A DNA stretch of 64,000 nt from the human T2T-CHM13v2.0 reference genome, Homo sapiens. The stretch is from the NCBI RefSeq assembly GCF_009914755.1, contig NC_060935.1. One strand, written 5' to 3'. The notes beneath the pieces are model-generated. The model saw nothing but the letters and a program-made list of their open reading frames with translations. It did no database searches and was not told where the DNA came from. Shown in pieces: positions 11,601 to 52,033 of the stretch (position 1 is its first letter; every line of letters starts with the position of its first letter). A program made the position numbers and the translations under genes.

Positions 11601-14600
11601 TCCCCCACCTCCCCCAGGTGGAGCCTCCGTACTCTCCTGGGAGCCCTTGGCTTTTAAGCTCCCCACTCCTGTCCCAGTTGCCGTTCGGCCTAGGGCTAGT
11701 GGCTGGCGCTCCCTGAGCCTCCCTCACCGGTCTCACGTAACCATCTGAGTAGGTTGCATCCCAGATCCTCGCAGCTGCCGGATTCGTGGAGTGTGGAGTT
11801 AACTCTTTTCTCTCCCGCAGGTGACCATGCCCCGGACTCACCATCTGGAGAGAACAGTCCAGCCCCGCAGGGGCGACTTGCGGAAGTCCAGGACTCTTCC
11901 ATGCCAGTGAGGAAGGGGCAAGGGGAGTGGAAGGCAAAGTGGGAGTGCGGGAGTATGATTTTCTGGCTTGGGGGATTTGGCAAGCCTGAGTCCAAATCTC
12001 ACCAGTGATGCCTGGCCTTGAGCAAATGACTTATCCTCTTTTCGACTTAGTATTTTAACCTGTGAATAGAAATATTGGTAACAGCCAATGAGAGAATTCC
12101 ATGATCAAGCTACTTAAGGATCCCAGCTCAGTTAGTTACGGGGTCACCATTATTGAGTTTTCCTGTCTAATTACACCTGTCCTGCAGCGCATGGTAGAAG
12201 TGAGGCCAGGCTGGGCAGACACCCCCACCCACTGCCCCGAAACTGCCTGCTGTTTTATCCCAGATTTGCAGCGGATCATCCCATCACCTGGCCCATTTTA
12301 CAGAGAAGGAAACTGAGAGACAACTGAGTGACTTACCCAGGGCCACAAAGCCTGCTGGGGACTTATTCAAAGATGACTGGCTGGCTTTCATGTTCAGAAC
12401 TCCTCTGTACCTTTCAGGTTCCTGCCCAGCCCAAAGCGGGAGGCTCTGGCAGCTACTGGCCAGCTCGGCACTCAGGAGCCCGAGTGATACTGCTGGTGCT
12501 CTACCGGGAGCACCTGGTGAGCACTGGGCTACACCGGGAGGCGGAACCATGGCAGTGGGGTGGGAGGTTCCCCGAGGGGCCTGGCCCAGGCAGGGCAGGC
12601 AAAGATTATCCCAGCCACCTGAGCGGGATGAGGAGGGGCCCTGGCACTGAGCCTACCCTGTCTTTTCTACCTTGGTTTCAGAATCCTAATGGTCACCACT
12701 TCTTAACCAAGGAGGAGCTGCTGCAGAGGTGTGCTCAGAAGTCCCCCAGGGTGAGCACAGGGATCAGGGAGGACAGGCCCAAGTGGCTCTGGGGCCCACC
12801 AAAGACTGCCTTTTCTTGCAGTGGGCCCATGTGTGGCCCATGGCTGGGGACACAGGGAACATGGACTTGTGGTGGTACCAGGTGCTCTCTGAGGGTCTCT
12901 TTTCTGATCCACAGGTAGCCCCTGGGAGTGCCCCACCCTGGCCAGCCCTCCGCTCCCTCCTTCACAGGAACCTGGTCCTCAGGACACACCAGCCAGCCAG
13001 GTGGGGCCAACTGCAGGAGATACAGGAGAGCATGAGTGAACTTCTTAGTAGGGCCTTAGAGTCACCCAACAACTCCCAGAGCTGATGCTGTTGAGATTGG
13101 CGGGGGTGGGCCTTTCCTCAGGAGCCCCCACTGTTGGAATACCTGGAGGGTGTGAAACCGCAGCAGCGGGGGTGGGAGGGTGCGGTGGTTATTGGAGGAG
13201 GAGAAAGCCTTTTCAGAGGAGATAGCATTTGACACGTTTTAGGATTTGGCGGGTAGAGATGCAGGATAAGTATTCCGAGGAGGAGGAAACAGCATTAGTG
13301 AAGACAGGAGGAAGGAAATTGTCTGAGACACACTTCTTGCAGACCTGAGAATGGCGCTGAGCAGGCCCAAGGAACTGCTCTAAGAGCCAAGAAGACCAGG
13401 AGGAGCAGGAGCCACTGGGGTCATTTGTGCAGGGCGCCAAGGGGGTGGTGAGGCCAGCCCAGCTGGGGGCAGGCAGGAAAGCCTGCCAGGAATGAGTGAA
13501 GAAGGTAGAGCTGTGTTGTCCCCTCTGCCTCCCAGGTACTCATTGACCCCAGAGGGCCTGGAGCTGGCCCAGAAGTTGGCCGAGTCAGAAGGCCTGAGCT
13601 TGCTGAATGTGGGCATCGGGCCCAAGGAGCCCCCTGGGGAGGAGACAGCAGTGCCAGGAGCAGCTTCAGCAGAGCTGTGAGGAGGAGGGCAGAGGAGGGG
13701 GGAAAACAGGGAGGAGGGGATGGGAAATGAGGCCAAAGCCCCGCCCCAACCCATCACCTGCAGCTGAACTGTGGCTGCCTCCCTACTGTGGGTGGGTGGT
13801 GGGTGTCGGGTGGCATGGGTGTGGGGCAACTGCCCTGGCACAAGGGGTTCTGGCCTCACATACCAACACCCCCCACTTAGTGCCAGTGAAGCAGGGGTCC
13901 AGCAGCAGCCACTGGAGCTGAGGCCTGGAGAGTACAGGGTGCTGTTGTGTGTGGACATTGGCGAGACCCGGGGGTGAGTGAGGTGGGGAGAAACGAGGGA
14001 GATGATCAGAGGAGGCTGGGGGGTAGGCACTGCCCTGCTCTGATCTAGGCTTCCCTCCTTGCCACTCCAGGGGCGGGCACAGGCCGGAGCTGCTCCGAGA
14101 GCTACAGCGGCTGCACGTGACCCACACGGTGCGCAAGCTGCACGTTGGAGATTTTGTGTGGGTGGCTCAGGAGACCAATCCTAGAGACCCAGGTGAAGGG
14201 CCGTGGACAGGCTGGCACCAGGGGCAGGGCCTGGTGGGTAGGGGATCGCAAGCTAACGGCTGGCTTGTCAGCAGCAAACCCTGGGGAGTTGGTACTGGAT
14301 CACATTGTGGAGCGCAAGCGACTGGATGACCTTTGCAGCAGCATCATCGACGGCCGCTTCCGGGAGCAGAAGGTAATTTTGCTGGCTTTGCCAGGCTTCC
14401 CTGCCTGCTCCGAAGCCCCGTTTTCAGCCCAGAGCAATCCAGGGGCACTTCTGGCAGCCTCCTTGAGGCAGAGCCCTTTGGAATCCAGCCACACCCACCC
14501 TGTGGCTGCTCCAGGATCAGACCCCCACAGGCCCATCCAGGCGCACAGTAGGAAGCCAGGTACCTGCATTCTTGGGCTGAGGTCAGGAGCATTTTAAAGA

Positions 14601-16523
14601 CCTCTTGGGTACCCAGCCCCTGCAGTCTTGGATAAACAAGGCATAAACCTCCAGGAGTGGAAATACAGAGGCTGTACCTTGGTACTTGCTGCTGGGTGGA
14701 CCCCTAGTCACAGAGGCCATGTGCCGGCCCAGGGGAGGCTTGAAGGATGGGCAGTGTTGAGAGATGGAGAAAAGGCTTTCTAGACAAGAGTGTCAGCATG
14801 AGCAAAGCTGCGGAGGCCCCTGTGAGGCAGGTGGAGAGGCTAGGGAGGATGCAGAGGCTAACTGGTGGGAACAGGGTCACAGCACCATTTTGAGTGTGAC
14901 ATCATGGATGCCCAGGCATGTGGTCATCCAGCCTGACCCTCCCTGTCCACTCTGTACACTTCCCTAGTTCCGACTGAAGCGCTGTGGTCTGGAGCGCCGG
15001 GTATACCTGGTGGAAGAGCATGGTTCCGTCCACAACCTCAGCCTTCCTGAGAGCACACTGCTGCAGGCTGTCACCAACACTCAGGTGAGCTGGGAGGGCA
15101 GGGCCAGGCAGGCAGGCAGGGGCCCCTGTGGTCCATGGTTCATGGTCTAGGCCAGGAGCCACCTTCCCTCTCTTGGGTCCTCTTCCCCAGGTCATTGATG
15201 GCTTTTTTGTGAAGCGCACAGCAGACATTAAGGAGTCAGCCGCCTACCTGGCCCTCTTGACTCGGGGCCTGCAGAGACTCTACCAGGTGAGCAGAGGCCC
15301 CTTTCCCAGTGTCGGGACAGAGCCCACAAGGAATTCACCTTGCCTGGGCCCTGTGCATCCCCAAAAGAAGCAAGGTGGGTGAGATCCCCATTTCTCAGGC
15401 TGGCCCCCCAAGGCTGAGGACTGGGCAGGGGCTGGCTGGAGTTGTTCCTTCGAGCTCCAGCCTGGCCTCAGTCCCTTCTTCCCTCAGGGCCACACCCTAC
15501 GCAGCCGCCCCTGGGGAACCCCTGGGAACCCTGAATCAGGGGCCATGACCTCTCCAAACCCTCTCTGCTCACTCCTCACCTTCAGTGACTTCAACGCAGG
15601 AGCCATCAAGAATAAGGTACTGTCTCTGCCTAGCTTCTCAGACATGGCCTGGCCCAGACCCCCACTGATCCAGCCCTTTCCCGAACCCAGGCCCAGTCGG
15701 TGCGAGAAGTGTTTGCCCGGCAGCTGATGCAGGTGCGCGGAGTGAGTGGGGAGAAGGCAGCAGCCCTGGTGGATCGATACAGCACCCCTGCCAGGTAGGC
15801 CCTAAAGGGCCCTTAGGTGTCCTCAGCCCCTGCCCTCCATGCATGGAATTCACCTTAATCCATGCTTCGTGGAGGGGGCCTGGCCTTGTGTGGGCTCTGC
15901 AGACCAGAGATAGACAGATCCCAGGGTGCTCGTGGAGGTCAAGTGGGGAGGAAGCCAGCAGGCCCACATAGTGTCCCAGGTAGTGGAGGCCACAGGAGGG
16001 AGGGAGACGTCCCACCTGGTGGAGAAGAGGCTTCCTGGAGAAGGGGTTGGGCCATTAAGGGGAGTGAGGGTGAAGGTTTGGAGCCTTTGCTGGTTTTGCC
16101 CCAGAGTTCCCACAGGGAGGGAGGACAGCCCGGCTGGCATGGGGCCTTGAGTGCCAAGCTCAGGAAGTGGGGCAGTGTCCCAACTCTTCCATCCCATGCT
16201 GACCCCTCTGCCTGGCCCCTCATGGTGCTGGCCCAGAGTGGGCCACTGTCAGCCTCAGAAACTCAAACCCCTGCCCCCCAGCCTCCTGGCCGCCTATGAT
16301 GCCTGTGCCACCCCCAAGGAACAAGAGACACTGCTGAGCACCATTAAGTGTGGGCGTCTACAGAGGTGAGGGCAAGAGACGGAACCTGGAGGGAGTGGCA
16401 GGGACTGGGGCTGCCCTAGGCCCAGGGCGTGACCCTCGCTGCCTCTCTTCCTGCAGGAATCTGGGGCCTGCTCTGAGCAGGACCTTATCCCAGCTCTACT
16501 GCAGCTACGGCCCCTTGACCTGA
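11225..16523 (+). CDS. MUS81: MUS81 structure-specific endonuclease subunit (551 aa)
   Basis: 16 exons: 11225-11359, 11444-11573, 11821-11906, 12418-12516, 12682-12750, 12915-13000, 13536-13676, 13881-13973, 14071-14192, 14275-14372, 14968-15084, 15191-15286, 15488-15616, 15691-15794, 16282-16365, 16457-16523 = 1656 nt. ERCC4 nuclease motifs VGDFVW and [10 protein letters not shown]-terminal HhH ([11 protein letters not shown]). Confidence 0.99.
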
Positions 16524-16818
16524 GCTTATGCCGTGAAACAGCCCCCAGCCCCCGTCTGTCCCCCAACCCAGGCTAGCCAGCCTTTTAACAACATCTTTTG
16601 GGGTACAATTAGAATCTAAGTGTTTGCAGCCATATGTGTCATGTAGAAGATGCCTAGCCCTGGGGACCTTGTGAAATACGCAGGAACCAGGGATACCATC
16701 TGGTCCAGTGGTTTTTAAACAAAGCTGCTTAGCACCTGGAATTCCCTGGTCAGGGAGATGGAGTCAGTGGGGCATTGCAGCTTGGAATCTATTTTATGTC
16801 ACCAGTTGGTCCTCATCA

Positions 16819-16882
16819 AATAAAATTTCCTTAGGAGTGCAGAGGGCTCATTGGGAAAATAAAAATAATAAAAATAAATAAA
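16819..16882 (+). terminator. MUS81 polyadenylation signal cluster (5x AATAAA)
   Basis: AATAAA at 16819, 16858, 16867, 16873 and 16877. Confidence 0.8.
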
Positions 16883-17307
16883 ACTTCCTAAAAGAAAAGA
16901 TTGAAAACCACTAACAGTCCAGTTGCCTCGTTTTATAGAAAAACAGGCCCAGGGAACTACTAGGGCTTATCCAAATGTACAGTTTGAGGCAGAGTTAGGA
17001 ATGGAACCCAGGGCCTCCTGGCGCTGTCCAGAGTGGAGTTTCTTAGGACCCCTGCAAGCCAGCCAAGTCCAAATCTCTGGGCCGGGGCCTGGAGTCCGCC
17101 CTCCTCGTTACCTCCTCTCCTCTCGGGGTGACTGAAGCTCGTGGTGCAGAGCTCCCAGCTCCTGTCAATGGGGGCCCCTGGGCCTGAACATATAGAGACC
17201 CCCATTTAGGTGAACTTGGCCTGCCCCCCCAAGTGCCACCCTGCCCCAGCCTGAGGCTTCCTGCAGTGTGACCCGCCCACCTCAGCCACCAGGACTTTCT
17301 TTCTCCC

Positions 17308-17313
17308 TTTATT
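17308..17313 (-). terminator. EFEMP2 proximal polyadenylation signal AATAAA
   Basis: TTTATT on + about 75 nt after the stop. A distal variant TATAAA (-) lies at 16932-16937. Confidence 0.65.
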
Positions 17314-17388
17314 GCCTTTCTCATTCTGCCCCTCACAACAGGCTCCTCAGCTAGGGTAGCTGCAGGGAGGGTGGCTCCCTCCTGCTCC

Positions 17389-23460
<6,072 letters not shown>

Positions 23461-23461
23461 T

Positions 23462-23795
23462 CCCCCAGTGCTCGATCCTGGGGCCCCGACCTTGATGCCA
23501 GGCCCCCAGACTCACCCGGGGGCCCCCAGACGCTCACCAAAAATGTCATCCTGCTCACCTAGATCCTACCTAATCTGCGCCCCCAGAATTTCATCCTGTG
23601 CACCCACACCGTAATCCTGGAGCCCCCAGATTCTCATTGTGCGCCTCCCGAGATCGTCCTGGGTACCTAGAGCCCACCTAACCCAGTCCTCCAGACCCTC
23701 AATCTGCTCCCTGCAAAATTTTATTCTCTGCCCCAGACCGTCATTGTAAAAGATCCTAAAACTTCATCCAGGGTCCCCAGACCCTCGCCCAGGAA
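23462..23795. repeat. Degenerate ~21-bp minisatellite (consensus ~CCCCCAGAnnnTCATCCTGnG)
   Basis: About 15-16 units starting at 23462, 23484, 23503, 23523, 23556, 23580, 23601, 23623, 23644, 23664, 23688, 23709, 23731, 23755, 23775. Confidence 0.7.
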
Positions 23796-24257
23796 CGAGA
23801 GGCTCCCAGGAGCAGAACTGTCCTTCTCGCTCCCTCCTGCCCTCCACCCCCAGGACCGTCTTCAGCCGGGTGGTCCTTTCACTACACACGGCCTCCCCCA
23901 CACCCTTCATCCACAAAGCTACAAGTTTGGGGGCGAGGGCGGCAGTTCCCTTTTGGCACAAAATGAATGGAAGCCCCTGAGAAGGAGGGCAGGGCTGATG
24001 TCGGACGTGCGGGATGCCAGAGTCGGGTGCCAACGCGCCTCCTCGACCTCCTCGCACCAGCGTCCCCCGCCCGGTTTCCGCCTCCGCCCGAAGTGGGGGC
24101 GTGTCCTTGGGGCGGAGTATGGGCGGGGCTGGCTCCCAGGAAGGGCGTGGCCTCTGTTTGCCCACGTCTCTGGGCGGGGCCAGGCGGGAAAGCACTGCGT
24201 GTCCGGGGATCCCCCGCCTGGGGCCCGCCCTTCCTTTCCCCTTGCCATCCCTGCTTA

Positions 24258-25460
<1,203 letters not shown>

Positions 25461-26095
25461 AAAAGGCAGGAAAGGGGTGCTGCTATCACCCCATTTCACA
25501 GATAGGGAGGCTGAGAGACTTGTCCCAGGTGAAGGATGGGACTTGCACTCATGTCCCACGGACTTCAAGACTCGCTGGGCTCCTTGCCCCATATTAGAGC
25601 ATTAAGGACCCGCCCCGCAAACACCCACTCTGTGCCAGCCACAGTGGTGGGTGCTCCACTAAGTATCTTCCACTCAAGCCTCAGCCTGAGAATTGTCATT
25701 GCCAATTAGAGATGAAGACATGAGGCCCAGGGGGGATGACTTAGTGCACAGCTGGTGCACAACCTAGACCTGAACCTCCATCTTTGCACTATCCAGCCCG
25801 AGTGAGCCTTCCACTTGGAGTTGCCTCCTCAGAATGCCTCCCTCGTCCTCTGCACCCCCAGTGACTTTCCCTGCCTTCGCCTGCTCTGCACTGGGTCCCT
25901 TTCAAGGTCCCAGACACCACTGGATCAGTGTCTCCCTCCTACCAAGCAGGGGGCTCCTCTCAGGCAGTGAGGCCCCTGTGCCCATGGCCCAGCCCTTACT
26001 GGGTACCAGCTGGGATCTGCAGAGTAGGCAGTTGAATGAACAAATGAGTGAGTGGGTGGAGGAAGTTCATTGATTCACTCAACAAATGTTTTCTC

Positions 26096-32678
<6,583 letters not shown>

Positions 32679-32778
32679 ACCCACCTGGCCCCCTCAGCTC
32701 TGTCCTGTTAGGCCAACTGCCTCCTTGCCAGCCCCACCCCCAGGTTTTTGCCCATCCTCCCAATCTCAATACAGCCTG

Positions 32779-32784
32779 AATAAA
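32779..32784 (+). terminator. CTSW polyadenylation signal AATAAA
   Basis: 100 nt after the stop codon. Confidence 0.85.
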
Positions 32785-32997
32785 CCAAGACAAGACCTCT
32801 GGCTTGTGAGCAGACTCTTCTGGTGGATGGGCTGAGCACAGACACCATTCCCTGAGATATGTCTCAGTTCCCAAGGAGCCACTGTACACATCCATCCTTG
32901 TACACGGACACCAGGTGCTCAGAGACAGACACAGGCACATCTGCACGCCCCCCACTTGCTCCCCGGAGCGAGGACCAGTCTCCAAACTCAGAGCAAC

Positions 32998-33003
32998 TTT
33001 ATT
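32998..33003 (-). terminator. FIBP polyadenylation signal AATAAA
   Basis: TTTATT on +, 30 nt beyond the stop codon. Confidence 0.85.
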
Positions 33004-33033
33004 GTCAGCGTGGGCGGAGCGTTGGGAGGCACC

Positions 33034-38696
<5,663 letters not shown>

Positions 38697-39479
38697 TTAA
38701 AGGCATATTTTAAAATGTTACTCCCTTGCTTAACATCCTTACAAATGTTACTCTCTTGCTTAACATCCTTAGTGGCCTTTGGAAATGCTCCAACCTGGTA
38801 CTGGAAGTTCTTAAGAATCTGGCTTTTACCTACCTTTGAAGCCTCGCTCTCTCTCTCTTAGCATTTTCTCGACACATCTGCTTTTCAAAAACCAAGCTAT
38901 CCTCATTGTTCCTAAAGCAGCTAGGCTCTTTCGGGCACCAGTGTCTTTCACTATGTTATTCTCTCTCCCTGAAATAGCTCTTTACTTGGCAAAGTCCTAT
39001 GGATCTACCAGAGCCTCTTGGATAGCATCTCTTTTGGGAACCCTCTTAAGGACCCTCAGACCATACTCCTCCCGGATTTATTTCTTGCTTAACACAGCTT
39101 GACTTCCCGGACAGACTGCGACCTCCTTGAGGATGGAATCGGTATTTTGGTTAAATTTATTTCTGCATGGGCCTTGCACATAAAAAACGTTTATTGAACA
39201 AACGAATCCTGTATGTTCCTCCCCCCAGGCAGGAAACGCTCCCTGGGAGGGAGGGTAGTCTATTGGTGAGCTAGGACGTTTGGACTCAGGGTTCCGAGGA
39301 ACCAGGAGCGATCCTTAGTGGGCCGAGACTTCCGAATTTGATCAAAGGTAAAGAGGGACTGGAGAGCGGTCCATCTGACTTCTGTGGGGGATGGGCAGGA
39401 GTCAGGGGCGGACGCCTGAATCTTGTTTCTCAGAAGAGCCGAGAGGCCTAGGCTCAAGCTTGGGGCGATCCGGTACTTG

Positions 39480-39845
39480 GAGGTTCGAAGCTCCTAGTTT
39501 CGGGTTGAGACCGATGTGGAGGGCGATGACGCGCGGGTTCCTTGACATCGAGGATCAGTAACACCCGGAGTGGGTGGGGAACGAGGGGGGCGGCCCCTGA
39601 GCTCAGGCCCCGCCCCTTTCCGGGGACGTTTCACCGGATTGGCTGTCCTTCCATAACGACATGCGGCCCCGCCCCGGCGCGCGCCCCGCCGCGTGCCCAG
39701 CCCGGGTAGCTGCTGCAGCCTACGCTGCCTCGGCCACTGCCTGCCGCGTGCGGAGCCGGAGCCCGAGCCTGAGTGGCGCCGGGCCCGACGTGGGGCTCCT
39801 GGGCCGCGGCGGCGGGCGGGCGATGCTCCAGAGGCCTGACCAGCC
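39480..39845 (+). promoter_or_regulatory. CCDC85B CpG promoter / 5' UTR
   Basis: GC boxes (GGCCCCGCCCC at ~39606 and ~39665), inverted CCAAT 39638-39642, CpG island running through the gene. Confidence 0.7.
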
Positions 39846-40454
39846 ATGGAGGCCGAGGCAGGCGGCCTGGAGGAGCTGACGGACGAGGAGATGGCGGCGC
39901 TAGGCAAGGAAGAGCTAGTGCGGCGCCTGCGGCGGGAGGAGGCGGCGCGCCTGGCGGCACTGGTGCAGCGCGGCCGCCTCATGCAGGAGGTGAATCGGCA
40001 GCTGCAGGGCCACCTGGGCGAGATCCGCGAGCTCAAGCAGCTCAACCGGCGTCTGCAGGCAGAGAACCGTGAGCTGCGCGACCTCTGCTGCTTCCTGGAC
40101 TCGGAGCGCCAGCGCGGGCGGCGCGCCGCACGCCAGTGGCAGCTCTTCGGGACCCAAGCATCCCGGGCCGTGCGCGAGGACCTGGGCGGCTGTTGGCAGA
40201 AGCTGGCCGAGCTGGAGGGCCGCCAGGAGGAGCTGCTGCGGGAGAACCTAGCGCTTAAGGAGCTCTGCCTGGCGCTGGGCGAAGAATGGGGCCCCCGCGG
40301 CGGCCCCAGCGGCGCCGGGGGATCAGGAGCCGGGCCAGCACCCGAGCTTGCCTTGCCCCCGTGCGGGCCCCGCGACCTAGGCGATGGAAGCTCCAGCACT
40401 GGCAGCGTGGGCAGTCCGGATCAGTTGCCCCTGGCCTGTTCCCCCGATGATTGA
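39846..40454 (+). CDS. CCDC85B: Coiled-coil domain-containing 85B (DIPA), intronless, 202 aa
   Basis: Single ORF with strong Kozak context GCCATGG; MEAEAGGLEELTDEEMAALGKEELVRRLRREE...ELRDLCCFLDSERQRGRR..WQLFG..; AATAAA at 40676-40681. Confidence 0.98.
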   Translation: MEAEAGGLEELTDEEMAALGKEELVRRLRREEAARLAALVQRGRLMQEVNRQLQGHLGEIRELKQLNRRLQAENRELRDLCCFLDSERQRGRRAARQWQLFGTQASRAVREDLGGCWQKLAELEGRQEELLRENLALKELCLALGEEWGPRGGPSGAGGSGAGPAPELALPPCGPRDLGDGSSSTGSVGSPDQLPLACSPDD

Positions 40455-41297
40455 AGGCACTGCTTCCTCCACGCCGACGCCCGCCCGGATTGCTCCCCGA
40501 GCCCCGGGACCGCTGTGGACCTCGGGACCTGGACGCCGTCCTGGCTGCGCAGGAGGGGCCGCTGGCATGGACTAAGAAATCCTGACACCAAGAAGGGCCC
40601 CTCGCTCTTGCTGGCAGGGCAGCAGGGGGACTGAAGGCTGGAGCGGAGGGACTTGCTGGGGGTTGGATTGGGGGTAATAAACCCGGACGGAAGCGGAGCC
40701 CACGGCCTGGGCAGCGTCTGTTTGGTACTCGCCGGGGTTGGGGCGAGGGTGGGGTGCTGATACAGGGTACAATTCCCATCCAGAAGGACTGCAGAACTAA
40801 TGATTCCCCCATTACTTCGAGCCTGGGGTGGGATGCGGGGCAGTGGTAAACCAGACTTCCCCCATCGGGCGCCGGGACCGGCCTTAATCCAGCCCCTGAA
40901 GTGGCTCCAGCTCCCTTCCCGGCTCCTTCCTGTCCAAGACAATGGGGCAGGAAGCAGGTGCTGGGGGCCTAGAACCACTCGGCCGCCTCCTCTGAGGCTG
41001 GAAGGGGGCATAACAGCGCCCCTCCGTGGCACACGCAGCAGCACTGTGGGCCCCCACGGGGAGAGGGGCGGTAAGCCTCTTCGCTTTTACCCCAGAGGAC
41101 TGTCTCCCCTCAGTCCCGGAGATGAGGCCGAGCGGATGTAGCCCCACTTGTCAGATAAGACAAAGTCCAAAAATATCAAAGAATTTGTCCAAGGTCATGC
41201 AGTGAGTCTGTAGAGCTAAGGCTGGGACCTAGGGCTCCAAATACTCTCCCATTGGCCTCTGGGTCCAGTGAGGCACTCAGGCCACAGCTTCAAGCCT

Positions 41298-41303
41298 TTT
41301 ATT
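41298..41303 (-). terminator. FOSL1 polyadenylation signal AATAAA
   Basis: TTTATT on +, about 645 nt beyond the stop. AU-rich element (AUUUA, 41346-41350) just upstream in the mRNA. Confidence 0.85.
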
Positions 41304-41947
41304 CCATTTTGGTAGGTTTGTATAAAAATACTCTCTTTAGGAAAATAAATAGCAGCTGCCCTCGCTGTGGAGGCTTGGATTCCCTGGAGCTGAAGGCTTC
41401 TCAAAGCTGAGATCCGCAGATCAGCTCATCACAGAAGCCAAGGGCGCCTCCTGAGCTGTGCGGTTCAGGAGGGGGCGGCAGAATGGCCTGGTCCAATCAC
41501 CTGCTGCTGCTGGCAGTGGGGCTGGTGAGTTAGTGTTCTAGGTGGGTAAAGTGGCACCTTCTGTCAGGAGATAGGGTTGGGTGGATCACAGGAAGAGGGT
41601 GATGGAGAGTGTGGCAGTGATCTGGAAGGGGTTAGGGCTCCAGAGGACCTCTAAGGATCTACAAAGTCTCTGGGCTGCCAGGATTCCTCTGGCACAAATG
41701 GGAAATATTTTGTCTCTGATTTAGTGCAAATTGTGCTAGAGAGGCCAGCTCAAGAGAAACAGTGGGCAGCTTTGGTGGCCCCAAGCTGGCTCTACTGTGA
41801 AGCACAATATGGTCAGTCTCATTAGAGGGATGGAGAAGAAGTTGCTGGAGTTGGATGTGGGATACTGTCCAGGCCAGCTGGACCGGTGGGGGAAGGGGAG
41901 GAGACATTGGCTAGGGTGGCATCTGCAGGGAGTAGGGCTCAGGCGCC

Positions 41948-49406
<7,459 letters not shown>

Positions 49407-49439
49407 GCCCGGGGCTGGCGGCTCTGCGGGGTACACGGC

Positions 49440-49800
49440 TGCTGGGTTCTGACTCACCCGCGCCGTGCGGAGTCTTTTCTTTTTATGAATGAAAAGTTCT
49501 CGGGCTGAACCACTGCGACCGCGGGGGGTGGGGGCGTTGCAGCGGCGCGGTCACCTCCAGGCTCCACCCCCGAGACGCGCCGCCTTGGCCCGTCGGTCCC
49601 GAACTTGGCGACGCCTCCCCAAGTCCGGCTGCAGCCTTTTCACCGGGATGGGCCCGGCTCGGCGTTCCCCGGCGGCTGCGGGCCCGCCCCCCTGACGTAG
49701 CTGCCCATACATGGTGTAACTTCCTCGCCGCGCCCAGGTGGAGCCCCGGGTTCCCCTGCGGACTGACGCACCTGCCAGAGCCCGCGCCCCGCCCCAGCCC
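49440..49800 (-). promoter_or_regulatory. FOSL1 promoter: TATA-like, CRE/ATF, CArG, ETS(TCF), TRE
   Basis: CATAAAA (-) 49487-49481; TGACTCA 49450-49456; GC box 49683-49690; TGACGTAG 49693-49700; CArG-like CCATACATGG 49705-49714; AGGAAGT (-) 49725-49719; TGACGCA 49764-49770. Confidence 0.85.
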
Positions 49801-49989
49801 TCTCGAGGCCTGGGCTAACCTCCGTTTCTGCTCCCACAAAATAGCACGAAAGAATCACATCTCTAGGAGCCACGCCAACCGCCACCCAAAGCTTCGTGGA
49901 GTGAGGTCTTTCCACTGGCCTTGTTTTAAGGCTTCGAGTATATGAAAAGTGAATAAATGACAAACCAGGGTTACAAAAATGGTGGCATA

Positions 49990-52033
<2,044 letters not shown>

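Noticed and set aside
23462-23795. CRISPR-like reading of the periodic repeat
   Set aside because: Units are degenerate and contiguous with no unique spacers, no cas genes are present, and the context is human.
39482-39491. GGTTCGAAGC B-box-like motif / possible tRNA
   Set aside because: No A-box or cloverleaf stems; a short match expected by chance in CpG-rich DNA.
39494-40399. 301-aa antisense ORF over CCDC85B
   Set aside because: Shadow of a GC3-rich coding strand; no independent support.
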